Shown here piece after piece: positions 24,401 through 39,400 of a stretch of 64,000 nt of DNA. The first letter of the stretch is position 1, and each line of letters begins with the position of its first letter. The notes beneath the pieces were generated by a model. That model did not search any database, was not told where the DNA came from, and saw nothing but the letters and a program-made list of their open reading frames with translations. Origin of the DNA: Auanema rhodensis (Eukaryota > Animalia > Nematoda); NCBI GenBank assembly GCA_964057225.1, contig OZ059894.1:20398001-20462000 (forward strand), given 5' to 3'. Position numbers and translations under genes: made by a program.

Positions 24401-27400
24401 CAATGTTATTCAACGAAAAAAATAATTCTTCAGGGTGAAAATCGAGGATATAAGTGTGAACTTATATCAGTTGATATCTCGGTGCATTTTTAAGCTAGCG
24501 CAAATCTGATAACACAGAACGACGCAGCTTAAAGATCCGCATCGAATGCACTATACTACATTGAGAAACGCTTAATACAAAAATTAGTTATGATCGTTTG
24601 AAAAATGATGCATTAGTGTATGTTGAGTTTCCATGTACACTCAACATTGCTTCCAAAAACATTTTGACAAAAATTTTTTCGAAAAATTTCAAAATAAATT
24701 AGCAAAAAGTAGATGTTTTTAGATTCCTTTTTTCAAGGCAAAGACGATGGACAATGTTATTCAACTAAAAAATTAATTCTTCAGGGTGAAAATCGAGGAT
24801 ATAAGTGTGAACTTATATCAGTTGATATCTCGGTGCATTTTTAAGCTAGCGCGAATCTGATAACACAGATCGACGCAGCTTAAGAATCCGCATCAAATGC
24901 ACTATACTACATTGAGAAACGCTTAATACAAAAATTAGTTATGATCGTTTGAAAAATGATGCATTAGTTTATGTTGAGTTTCCATGTACACTCAACATTG
25001 CTTCCAAAAACATTTTGACAAAAATTTTTTCGAAAAATTTCAAAATAAATTAGCAAAAAGTAGATGTTTTTAGATTCCTTTTTTCAAGGCAAAGACGATG
25101 GACAATGTTATTCAACGAAAAAATTAATTCTTCAGGGTGAAAATCGAGGATATAAGTGTGAACTTATATCAGTTGATATCTCGGTGCATTTTTAAGCTAG
25201 CGCAAATCTGATAACACAGAACGACGCAGCTTAAAAATCCGCATCGAATGCACTATACTACATTGAGAAACGCTTAATACAAAAATTAGTTATGATCGTT
25301 TGAAAAATGATGCATTAGTGTATGTTGAGTTTCCATGTACACTCAACATTGCTTCCAAAAACATTTTGACAAAAATTTTTTCGAAAAATTTCAAAATAAA
25401 TTAGCAAAAAGTAGATGTTTTTAGATTCCTTTTTTCAAGGCAAAGACGATGGACAATGTTATTCAACTAAAAAATTAATTCTTCAGGGTGAAAATCGAGG
25501 ATATAAGTGTGAACTTATATCAGTTGATATCTCGGTGCATTTTTAAGCTAGCGCGAATCTGATAACACAGATCGACGCAACTTAAGAATCCGCATCGAAT
25601 GCACTATACAACATTGAGAAACGCTTAATACAAAAATTAGTTATGATCGTTTGAAAAATGATGCATTAGTGTATGTTGAGTTTCCATGTACACTCAACAT
25701 TGCTTCCAAAAACATTTTGACAAAAATTTTTTCGAAACATTTCGAAATAATTTAGCAAAAAGTAGATGTTTTTAGATTCCTTTTTCAAGGCAAAGACGAT
25801 GGACAATGTTATTCAACGAAAAAAATAATTCTTCAGGGTGAAAATCGAGGATATAAGTGTGAACTTATATCAGTTGATATCTCGGTGCATTTTTAAGCTA
25901 GCGCGAATCTGATAACACAGATCGACGCAGCTTAAGAATCCGCATCAAATGCACTATACTACATTGAGAAACGCTTAATACAAAAATTAGTTATGATCGT
26001 TTGAAAAATGATGCATTAGTTTATGTTGAGTTTCCATGTACACTCAACATTGCTTCCAAAAACATTTTGACAAAAATTTTTTCGAAAAATTTCAAAATAA
26101 ATTAGCAAAAAGTAGATGTTTTTAGATTCCTTTTTTCAAGGCAAAGACGATGGACAATGTTATTCAACGAAAAAATTAATTCTTCAGGGTGAAAATCGAG
26201 GATATAAGTGTGAACTTATATCAGTTGATATCTCGGTGCATTTTTAAGCTAGCGCAAATCTGATAACACATATCGACGCAGCTTAAAAATCCGCATCGAA
26301 TGCACTATACTACATTGAGAAACGCTGAATACAAAAATTAGTTATGATCGTTTGAAAAATGATGCATTACTGTATGTTGAGTTTCCATGTACACTCAACA
26401 TTGCTTCCAAAAACATTTTGACAAAAATTTTTTCGAAAAATTTCAGAATAAATTAGCAAAAAGTAGATGTTTTTAGATTCCTTTTTTCAAGGCAAAGACG
26501 ATGGACAATGTTATTCAACGAAAAAATTAATTCTTCAGGGTGAAAATCGAGGATATAAGTGTGAACTTATATCAGTTGATATCTCGGTGCATTTTTAAGC
26601 TAGCGCAAATCTGATAACATAGAACGACGCAGCTTAAAAATCCGCATCGAATGCACTATACTACATTGAGAAACGCTTAATACAAAAATTAGTTATGATC
26701 GTTTGAAAAATGATGCATTAGTGTATGTTGAGTTTCCATGTACACTCAACATTGCTTCCAAAAACATTTTGACAAAAATTTTTTCGAAAAATTTCAAAAT
26801 AAATTAGCAAAAAGTAGATGTTTTTAGATTCCTTTTTTCAAGGCAAAGACGATGGACAATGTTATTCAACTAAAAAATTAATTCTTCAGGGTGAAAATCG
26901 AGGATATAAGTGTGAACTTATATCAGTTGATATCTCGGTGCATTTTTAAGCTAGCGCGAATCTGATAACACAGATCGACGCAACTTAAGAATCCGCATCG
27001 AATGCACTATACTACATTGAGAAACGCTTAATACAAAAATTAGTTATGATCGTTTGAAAAATGATGCATTACTGTATGTTGAGTTTCCATGTACACTCAA
27101 CATTGCTTCCAAAAACATTTTGACAAAAATTTTTTCGAAAAATTTCAGAATAAATTAGCAAAAAGTAGATGTTTTTAGATTCCTTTTTTCAAGGCAAAGA
27201 CGATGGACAATGTTATTCAACGAAAAAATTAATTCTTCAGGGTGAAAATCGAGGATATAAGTGTGAACTTATATCAGTTGATATCTCGGTGCATTTTTAA
27301 GCTAGCGCAAATCTGATAACATAGAACGACGCAGCTTAAAAATCCGCATCGAATGCACTATACTACATTGAGAAACGCTTAATACAAAAATTAGTTATGA

Positions 27401-30400
27401 TCGTTTGAAAAATGATGCATTAGTGTATGTTGAGTTTCCATGTACACTCAACATTGCTTCCAAAAACATTTTGACAAAAATTTTTTCGAAAAATTTCAAA
27501 ATAAATTAGCAAAAAGTAGATGTTTTTAGATTCCTTTTTTCAAGGCAAAGACGATGGACAATGTTATTCAACTAAAAAATTAATTCTTCAGGGTGAAAAT
27601 CGAGGATATAAGTGTGAACTTATATCAGTTGATATCTCGGTGCATTTTTAAGCTAGCGCGAATCTGATAACACAGATCGACGCAACTTAAGAATCCGCAT
27701 CGAATGCACTATACTACATTGAGAAACGCTTAATACAAAAATTAGTTATGATCGTTTGAAAAATGATGCATTAGTGTATGTTGAGTTTCCATGTACACTC
27801 AACATTGCTTCCAAAAACATTTTGACAAAAATTTTTTCGAAACATTTCGAAATAATTTAGCAAAAAGTAGATGTTTTTAGATTCCTTTTTCAAGGCAAAG
27901 ACGATGGACAATGTTATTCAACGAAAAAAATAATTCTTCAGGGTGAAAATCGAGGATATAAGTGTGAACTTATATCAGTTGATATCTCGGTGCATTTTTA
28001 AGCTAGCGCGAATCTGATAACACAGATCGACGCAGCTTAAGAATCCGCATCAAATGCACTATACTACATTGAGAAACGCTTAATACAAAAATTAGTTATG
28101 ATCGTTTGAAAAATGATGCATTAGTTTATGTTGAGTTTCCATGTACACTCAACATTGCTTCCAAAAACATTTTGACAAAAATTTTTTCGAAAAATTTCAA
28201 AATAAATTAGCAAAAAGTAGATGTTTTTAGATTCCTTTTTTCAAGGCAAAGACGATGGACAATGTTATTCAACGAAAAAATTAATTCTTCAGGGTGAAAA
28301 TCGAGGATATAAGTGTGAACTTATATCAGTTGATATCTCGGTGCATTTTTAAGCTAGCGCAAATCTGATAACACATATCGACGCAGCTTAAAAATCCGCA
28401 TCGAATGCACTATACTACATTGAGAAACGCTGAATACAAAAATTAGTTATGATCGTTTGAAAAATGATGCATTACTGTATGTTGAGTTTCCATGTACACT
28501 CAACATTGCTTCCAAAAACATTTTGACAAAAATTTTTTCGAAAAATTTCAGAATAAATTAGCAAAAAGTAGATGTTTTTAGATTCCTTTTTTCAAGGCAA
28601 AGACGATGGACAATGTTATTCAACGAAAAAATTAATTCTTCAGGGTGAAAATCGAGGATATAAGTGTGAACTTATATCAGTTGATATCTCGGTGCATTTT
28701 TAAGCTAGCGCAAATCTGATAACATAGAACGACGCAGCTTAAAAATCCGCATCGAATGCACTATACTACATTGAGAAACGCTTAATACAAAAATTAGTTA
28801 TGATCGTTTGAAAAATGATGCATTAGTTTATGTTGAGTTTCCATGTACACTCAACATTGCTTCCAAAAACATTTTGACAAAAATTTTTTCGAAAAATTTC
28901 AAAATAAATTAGCAAAAAGTAGATGTTTTTAGATTCCTTTTTTCAAGGCAAAGACGATGGACAATGTTATTCAACGAAAAAATAAATTCTTCAGGGTGAA
29001 AATCGAGGATATAAGTGTAAACTTATATCAGTTGATATCTCGGTGCATTTTTAAGCTAGCGCAAATCTGATAACACAGATCGACGCAGCTCAAAAATTCG
29101 CATCGAATGCACTATACTACATTGAGAAACGCTTAATACAAAAATTAGTTATGATCGTTTGAAAAATGATGCATTAGTTTATGTTGAGTTTCCATGTACA
29201 CTCAACATTGCTTCCAAAAACATTTTGACAAAAATTTTTTCGAAAAATTTCAAAATAAATTAGCAAAAAGTAGATGTTTTTAGATTCCTTTTTTCAAGGC
29301 AAAGACGATAGACAATGTAATTCAACTAAAAAATTAATTCTTCAGGGTGAAAATCGAGGATATAAGTGTGAACTTATATCAGTTGATATCTCGGTGCATT
29401 TTTAAGCTAGCGCGAATCTGATAACACAGATCGACGCAGCTTAAAAATCCGCATCGAATGCACTATACTACATTGAGAAACGCTTAATACAAAAATTAGT
29501 TATGATCGTTTGAAAAATGATCCATTAGTGTATGTTGAGTTTCCATGTACACTCAACATTGCTTCCAAAAACATTTTGACAAAAATTTTTTCGAAAAATT
29601 TCAAAATAAATTAGCAAAAAGTAGATGTTTTTAGATTCCTTTTTTCAAGGCAAAGACGATGGACAATGTTATTCAACTAAAAAATTAATTCTTCAGGGTG
29701 AAAATCGAGGATATAAGTGTGAACTTATATCAGTTGATATCTCGGTGCATTTTTAAGCTAGCGCGAATCTGATAACACAGATCGACGCAGCTTAAGAATC
29801 CGCATCAAATGCACTATACTACATTGAGAAACGCTTAATACAAAAATTAGTTATGATCGTTTGAAAAATGATGCATTAGTTTATGTTGAGTTTCCATGTA
29901 CACTCAACATTGCTTCCAAAAACATTTTGACAAAAATTTTTTCGAAAAATTTCAAAATAAATTAGCAAAAAGTAGATGTTTTTAGATTCCTTTTTTCAAG
30001 GCAAAGACGATGGACAATGTTATTCAACGAAAAAATTAATTCTTCAGGGTGAAAATCGAGGATATAAGTGTGAACTTATATCAGTTGATATCTCGGTGCA
30101 TTTTTAAGCTAGCGCAAATCTGAAAACACATATCGACGCAGCTTAAAAATCCGCATCGAATGCACTATACTACATTGAGAAACGTTGAATACAAAAATTA
30201 GTTATGATCGTTTGAAAAATGATGCATTACTGTATGTTGAGTTTCCATGTACACTCAACATTGCTTCCAAAAACATTTTGACAAAAATTTTTTCGAAAAA
30301 TTTCAGAATAAATTAGCAAAAAGTAGATGTTTTTAGATTCCTTTTTTCAAGGCAAAGACGATGGACAATGTTATTCAACGAAAAAATTAATTCTTCAGGG

Positions 30401-33400
30401 TGAAAATCGAGGATATAAGTGTGAACTTATATCAGTTGATATCTCGGTGCATTTTTAAGCTAGCGCGAATCTGATAACACAGATCGACGCAGCTTAAGAA
30501 TCCGCATCAAATGCACTATACTACATTGAGAAACGCTTAATACAAAAATTAGTTATGATCGTTTGAAAAATGATGCATTAGTTTATGTTGAGTTTCCATG
30601 TACACTCAACATTGCTTCCAAAAACATTTTGACAAAAATTTTTTCGAAAAATTTCAAAATAAATTAGCGAAAAGTAGATGTTTTTAGATTCCTTTTTTCA
30701 AGGCAAAGACGATGGACAATGTTATTCAACTAAAAATTTAATTCTTCAGGGTGAAAATCGAGGATATAAGTGTGAACTTATATCAGTTGATATCTCGGTG
30801 CATTTTTAAGCTAGCGCAAATCTGATAACACAGAACGACGCAGCTTAAAAATCCGCATCGAATGCACTATACTACATTGAGAAACGCTTAATACAAAAAT
30901 TAGTTATGATTGTTTGAAAAATGATGCATTAGTGTATGTTGAGTTTCCATGTACACTCAACATTGCTTCCAAAAACATTTTGACAAAAATTTTTTCGAAA
31001 AATTTCAAAATAAATTAGCAAAAAGTAGATGTTTTTAGATTCCTTTTTTCAAGGCAAAGACGATGGACAATGTTATTCAACTAAAAAATTAATTCTTCAG
31101 GGTGAAAATCGAGGATATAAGTGTGAACTTATATCAGTTGATATCTCGGTGCATTTTTAAGCTAGCGCGAATCTGATAACACAGATCGACGCAGCTTAAG
31201 AATCCGCATCAAATGCACTATACTACATTGAGAAACGCTTAATACAAAAATTAGTTATGATCGTTTGAAAAATGATGCATTAGTTTATGTTGAGTTTCCA
31301 TGTACACTCAACATTGCTTCCAAAAACATTTTGACAAAAATTTTTTCGAAAAATTTCAAAATAAATTAGCAAAAAGTAGATGTTTTTAGATTCCTTTTTT
31401 CAAGGCAAAGACGATGGACAATGTTATTCAACGAAAAAATTAATTCTTCAGGGTGAAAATCGAGGATATAAGTGTGAACTTATATCAGTTGATATCTCGG
31501 TGCATTTTTAAGCTAGCGCAAATCTGATAACACATATCGACGCAGCTTAAAAATCCGCATCGAATGCACTATACTACATTGAGAAACGCTGAATACAAAA
31601 ATTAGTTATGATCGTTTGAAAAATGATGCATTACTGTATGTTGAGTTTCCATGTACACTCAACATTGCTTCCAAAAACATTTTGACAAAAATTTTTTCGA
31701 AAAATTTCAGAATAAATTAGCAAAAAGTAGATGTTTTTAGATTCCTTTTTTCAAGGCAAAGACGATGGACAATGTTATTCAACGAAAAAATTAATTCTTC
31801 AGGGTGAAAATCGAGGATATAAGTGTGAACTTATATCAATTGATATCTCGGTGCATTTTTAAGCTAGCGCAAATCTGATAACACAGAACGACGCAGCTTA
31901 AAAATCCGCATCGAATGCACTATACTACATTGAGAAACGCTGAATACAAAAATTAGTTATGATCGTTTGAAAAATGATGCATTACTGTATGTTGAGTTTC
32001 CATGTACACTCAACATTGCTTCCAAAAACATTTTGACAAAAATTTTTTCGAAAAATTTCAGAATAAATTAGCAAAAAGTAGATGTTTTTAGATTCCTTTT
32101 TTCAAGGCAAAGACGATGGACAATGTTATTCAACGAAAAAATTAATTCTTCAGGGTGAAAATCGAGGATATAAGTGTGAACTTATATCAGTTGATATCTC
32201 GGTGCATTTTTAAGCTAGCGCAAATCTGATAACACAGAACGACGCAGCTTAAAGATCCGCATCGAATGCACTATACTACATTGAGAAACGCTTAATACAA
32301 AAATTAGTTATGATCGTTTGAAAAATGATGCATTAGTGTATGTTGAGTTTCCATGTACACTCAACATTGCTTCCAAAAACATTTTGACAAAAATTTTTTC
32401 GAAAAATTTCAAAATAAATTAGCAAAAAGTAGATGTTTTTAGATTCCTTTTTTCAAGGCAAAGACGATGGACAATGTTATTCAACTAAAAAATTAATTCT
32501 TCAGGGTGAAAATCGAGGATATAAGTGTGAACTTATATCAGTTGATATCTCGGTGCATTTTTAAGCTAGCGCGAATCTGATAACACAGATCGACGCAACT
32601 TAAGAATCCGCATCAAATGCACTATACTACATTGAGAAACGCTTAATACAAAAATTAGTTATGATCGTTTGAAAAATGATGCATTACTGTATGTTGAGTT
32701 TCCATGTACACTCAACATTGCTTCCAAAAACATTTTGACAAAAATTTTTTCGAAAAATTTCAGAATAAATTAGCAAAAAGTAGATGTTTTTAGATTCCTT
32801 TTTTCAAGGCAAAGACGATGGACAATGTTATTCAACGAAAAAATTAATTCTTCAGGGTGAAAATCGAGGATATAAGTGTGAACTTATATCAATTGATATC
32901 TCGGTGCATTTTTAAGCTAGCGCAAATCTGATAACACAGAACGACGCAGCTTAAAAATCCGCATCGAATGCACTATACTACATTGAGAAACGCTGAATAC
33001 AAAAATTAGTTATGATCGTTTGAAAAATGATGCATTACTGTATGTTGAGTTTCCATGTACACTCAACATTGCTTCCAAAAACATTTTGACAAAAATTTTT
33101 TCGAAAAATTTCAGAATAAATTAGCAAAAAGTAGATGTTTTTAGATTCCTTTTTTCAAGGCAAAGACGATGGACAATGTTATTCAACGAAAAAATTAATT
33201 CTTCAGGGTGAAAATCGAGGATATAAGTGTGAATTTATATCAGTTGATATCTCGGTGCATTTTTAAGCTAGCGCAAATCTGATAACACAGAACGACGCAG
33301 CTTAAAGATCCGCATCGAATGCACTATACTACATTGAGAAACGCTTAATACAAAAATTAGTTATGATCGTTTGAAAAATGATGCATTAGTGTATGTTGAG

Positions 33401-36400
33401 TTTCCATGTACACTCAACATTGCTTCCAAAAACATTTTGACAAAAATTTTTTCGAAAAATTTCAAAATAAATTAGCAAAAAGTAGATGTTTTTAGATTCC
33501 TTTTTTCAAGGCAAAGACGATGGACAATGTTATTCAACTAAAAAATTAATTCTTCAGGGTGAAAATCGAGGATATAAGTGTGAACTTATATCAGTTGATA
33601 TCTCGGTGCATTTTTAAGCTAGCGCGAATCTGATAACACAGATCGACGCAACTTAAGAATCCGCATCAAATGCACTATACTACATTGAGAAACGCTTAAT
33701 ACAAAAATTAGTTATGATCGTTTGAAAAATGATGCATTAGTGTATGTTGAGTTTCCATGTACACTCAACATTGCTTCCAAAAACATTTTGACAAAAATTT
33801 TTTCGAAACATTTCGAAATAATTTAGCAAAAAGTAGATGTTTTTAGATTCCTTTTTCAAGGCAAAGACGATGGACAATGTTATTCAACGAAAAAAATAAT
33901 TCTTCAGGGTGAAAATCGAGGATATAAGTGTGAACTTATATCAGTTGATATCTCGGTGCATTTTTAAGCTAGCGCGAATCTGATAACACAGATCGACGCA
34001 GCTTAAGAATCCGCATCAAATGCACTATACTACATTGAGAAACGCTTAATACAAAAATTAGTTATGATCGTTTGAAAAATGATGCATTAGTTTATGTTGA
34101 GTTTCCATGTACACTCAACATTGCTTCCAAAAACATTTTGACAAAAATTTTTTCGAAAAATTTCAAAATAAATTAGCAAAAAGTAGATGTTTTTAGATTC
34201 CTTTTTTCAAGGCAAAGACGATGGACAATGTTATTCAACGAAAAAATTAATTCTTCAGGGTGAAAATCGAGGATATAAGTGTGAACTTATATCAGTTGAT
34301 ATCTCGGTGCATTTTTAAGCTAGCGCAAATCTGATAACACATATCGACGCAGCTTAAAAATCCGCATCGAATGCACTATACTACATTGAGAAACGCTTAA
34401 TACAAAAATTAGTTATGATCGTTTGAAAAATGATGCATTAGTTTATGTTGAGTTTCCATGTACACTCAACATTGCTTCCAAAAACATTTTGACAAAAATT
34501 TTTTCGAAAAATTTCAAAATAAATTAGCAAAAAGTAGATGTTTTTAGATTCCTTTTTTCAAGGCAAAGACGATGGACAATGTTATTCAACGAAAAAATTA
34601 ATTCTTCAGGGTGAAAATCGAGGATATAAGTGTAAACTTATATCAGTTGATATCTCGGTGCATTTTTAAGCTAGCGCAAATCTGATAACACAGATCGACG
34701 CAGCTCAAAAATTCGCATCGAATGCACTATACTACATTGAGAAACGCTTAATACAAAAATTAGTTATGATCGTTTGAAAAATGATGCATTAGTTTATGTT
34801 GAGTTTCCATGTACACTCAACATTGCTTCCAAAAACATTTTGACAAAAATTTTTTCGAAAAATTTCAAAATAAATTAGCAAAAAGTAGATGTTTTTAGAT
34901 TCCTTTTTTCAAGGCAAAGACGATAGACAATGTAATTCAACTAAAAAATTAATTCTTCAGGGTGAAAATCTTGGATATAAGTGTGAACTTATATCAGTTG
35001 ATATCTCGGTGCATTTTTAAGCTAGCGCGAATCTGATAACACAGATCGACGCAGCTTAAGAATCCGCATCAAATGCACTATACTACATTGAGAAACGCTT
35101 AATACAAAAATTAGTTATGATCGTTTGAAAAATGATGCATTAGTTTATGTTGAGTTTCCATGTACACTCAACATTGCTTCCAAAAACATTTTGACAAAAA
35201 TTTTTTCGAAAAATTTCAAAATAAATTAGCAAAAAGTAGATGTTTTTAGATTCCTTTTTTCAAGGCAAAGACGATGGACAATGTTATTCAACGAAAAAAT
35301 TAATTCTTCAGGGTGAAAATCGAGGATATAAGTGTGAACTTATATCAGTTGATATCTCGGTGCATTTTTAAGCTAGCGCAAATCTGAAAACACATATCGA
35401 CGCAGCTTAAAAATCCGCATCGAATGCACTATACTACATTGAGAAACGTTGAATACAAAAATTAGTTATGATCGTTTGAAAAATGATGCATTACTGTATG
35501 TTGAGTTTCCATGTACACTCAACATTGCTTCCAAAAACATTTTGACAAAAATTTTTTCGAAAAATTTCAGAATAAATTAGCAAAAAGTAGATGTTTTTAG
35601 ATTCCTTTTTTCAAGGCAAAGACGATGGACAATGTTATTCAACGAAAAAATTAATTCTTCAGGGTGAAAATCGAGGATATAAGTGTGAACTTATATCAGT
35701 TGATATCTCGGTGCATTTTTAAGCTAGCGCGAATCTGATAACACAGATCGACGCAGCTTAAGAATCCGCATCAAATGCACTATACTACATTGAGAAACGC
35801 TTAATACAAAAATTAGTTATGATCGTTTGAAAAATGATGCATTAGTTTATGTTGAGTTTCCATGTACACTCAACATTGCTTCCAAAAACATTTTGACAAA
35901 AATTTTTTCGAAAAATTTCAAAATAAATTAGCAAAAAGTAGATGTTTTTAGATTCCTTTTTTCAAGGCAAAGACGATGGACAATGTTATTCAACGAAAAA
36001 ATTAATTCTTCAGGGTGAAAATCGAGGATATAAGTGTGAACTTATATCAGTTGATATCTCGGTGCATTTTTAAGCTAGCGCAAATCTGATAACACATATC
36101 GACGCAGCTTAAAAATCCGCATCGAATGCACTATACTACATTGAGAAACGCTGAATACAAAAATTAGTTATGATCGTTTGAAAAATGATGCATTACTGTA
36201 TGTTGAGTTTCCATGTACACTCAACATTGCTTCCAAAAACATTTTGACAAAAATTTTTTCGAAAAATTTCAGAATAAATTAGCAAAAAGTAGATGTTTTT
36301 AGATTCCTTTTTTCAAGGCAAAGACGATGGACAATGTTATTCAACGAAAAAATTAATTCTTCAGGGTGAAAATCGAGGATATAAGTGTGAACTTATATCA

Positions 36401-39400
36401 ATTGATATCTCGGTGCATTTTTAAGCTAGCGCAAATCTGATAACACAGAACGACGCAGCTTAAAAATCCGCATCGAATGCACTATACTACATTGAGAAAC
36501 GCTTAATACAAAAATTAGTTATGATCGTTTGAAAAATGATGCATTAGTTTATGTTGAGTTTCCATGTACACTCAACATTGCTTCCAAAAACATTTTGACA
36601 AAAATTTTTTCGAAAAATTTCAAAATAAATTAGCAAAAAGTAGATGTTTTTAGATTCCTTTTTTCAAGGCAAAGACGATGGACAATGTTATTCAACGAAA
36701 AAATTAATTCTTCAGGGTGAAAATCGGGGATATAAGTGTAAACTTATATCAGTTGATATCTCGGTGCATTTTTAAGCTAGCGCAAATCTGATAACACAGA
36801 TCGACGCAGCTCAAAAATCCGCATCGAATGCACTATACTACATTGAGAAACGCTTAATACAAAAATTAGTTATGATCGTTTGAAAAATGATGCATTAGTT
36901 TATGTTGAGTTTCCATGTACACTCAACATTGCTTCCAAAAACATTTTGACAAAAATTTTTTCGAAAAATTTCAAAATAAATTAGCAAAAAGTAGATGTTT
37001 TTAGATTCCTTTTTTCAAGGCAAAGACGATGGACAATGTTATTCAACGAAAAAATTAATTCTTCAGGGTGAAAATCGAGGATATAAGTGTGAACTTATAT
37101 CAGTTGATATCTCGGTGCATTTTTAAGCTAGCGCAAATCTGAAAACACATATCGACGCAGCTTAAAAATCCGCATCGAATGCACTATACTACATTGAGAA
37201 ACGTTGAATACAAAAATTAGTTATGATCGTTTGAAAAATGATGCATTACTGTATGTTGAGTTTCCATGTACACTCAACATTGCTTCCAAAAACATTTTGA
37301 CAAAAATTTTTTCGAAAAATTTCAGAATAAATTAGCAAAAAGTAGATGTTTTTAGATTCCTTTTTTCAAGGCAAAGACGATGGACAATGTTATTCAACGA
37401 AAAAATTAATTCTTCAGGGTGAAAATCGAGGATATAAGTGTGAACTTATATCAGTTGATATCTCGGTGCATTTTTAAGCTAGCGCAAATCTGAAAACACA
37501 TATCGACGCAGCTTAAAAATCCGCATCGAATGCACTATACTACATTGAGAAACGCTTAATACAAAAATTAGTTATGATCGTTTGAAAAATGATGCATTAG
37601 TTTATGTTGAGTTTCCATGTACACTCAACATTGCTTCCAAAAACATTTTGACAAAAATTTTTTCGAAAAATTTCAAAATAAATTAGCAAAAAGTAGATGT
37701 TTTTAGATTCCTTTTTTCAAGGCAAAGACGATGGACAATGTTATTCAACGAAAAAATTAATTCTTCAGGGTGAAAATCGAGGATATAAGTGTGAACTTAT
37801 ATCAGTTGATATCTCGGTGCATTTTTAAGCTAGCGCAAATCTGAAAACACATATCGACGCAGCTTAAAAATCCGCATCGAATGCACTATACTACATTGAG
37901 AAACGTTGAATACAAAAATTAGTTATGATCGTTTGAAAAATGATGCATTACTGTATGTTGAGTTTCCATGTACACTCAACATTGCTTCCAAAAACATTTT
38001 GACAAAAATTTTTTCGAAAAATTTCAGAATAAATTAGCAAAAAGTAGATGTTTTTAGATTCCTTTTTTCAAGGCAAAGACGATGGACAATGTTATTCAAC
38101 GAAAAAATTAATTCTTCAGGGTGAAAATCGAGGATATAAGTGTGAACTTATATCAGTTGATATCTCGGTGCATTTTTAAGCTAGCGCGAATCTGATAACA
38201 CAGATCGACGCAGCTTAAGAATCCGCATCAAATGCACTATACTACATTGAGAAACGCTTAATACAAAAATTAGTTATGATCGTTTGAAAAATGATGCATT
38301 AGTTTATGTTGAGTTTCCATGTACACTCAACATTGCTTCCAAAAACATTTTGACAAAAATTTTTTCGAAAAATTTCAAAATAAATTAGCAAAAAGTAGAT
38401 GTTTTTAGATTCCTTTTTTCAAGGCAAAGACGATGGACAATGTTATTCAACTAAAAATTTAATTCTTCAGGGTGAAAATCGAGGATATAAGTGTGAACTT
38501 ATATCAGTTGATATCTCGGTGCATTTTTAAGCTAGCGCAAATCTGATAACACAGAACGACGCAGCTTAAAAATCCGCATCGAATGCACTATACTACATTG
38601 AGAAACGCTTAATACAAAAATTAGTTATGATTGTTTGAAAAATGATGCATTAGTGTATGTTGAGTTTCCATGTACACTCAACATTGCTTCCAAAAACATT
38701 TTGACAAAAATTTTTTCGAAAAATTTCAAAATAAATTAGCAAAAAGTAGATGTTTTTAGATTCCTTTTTTCAAGGCAAAGACGATGGACAATGTTATTCA
38801 ACTAAAAAATTAATTCTTCAGGGTGAAAATCGAGGATATAAGTGTGAACTTATATCAGTTGATATCTCGGTGCATTTTTAAGCTAGCGCAAATCTGATAA
38901 CACAGAACGACGCAGCTTAAAAATCCGCATCGAATGCACTATACTACATTGAGAAACGCTTAATACAAAAATTAGTTATGATTGTTTGAAAAATGATGCA
39001 TTAGTGTATGTTGAGTTTCCATGTACACTCAACATTGCTTCCAAAAACATTTTGACAAAAATTTTTTCGAAAAATTTCAAAATAAATTAGCAAAAAGTAG
39101 ATGTTTTTAGATTCCTTTTTTCAAGGCAAAGACGATGGACAATGTTATTCAACTAAAAAATTAATTCTTCAGGGTGAAAATCGAGGATATAAGTGTGAAC
39201 TTATATCAGTTGATATCTCGGTGCATTTTTAAGCTAGCGCGAATCTGATAACACAGATCGACGCAGCTTAAGAATCCGCATCAAATGCACTATACTACAT
39301 TGAGAAACGCTTAATACAAAAATTAGTTATGATCGTTTGAAAAATGATGCATTAGTTTATGTTGAGTTTCCATGTACACTCAACATTGCTTCCAAAAACA

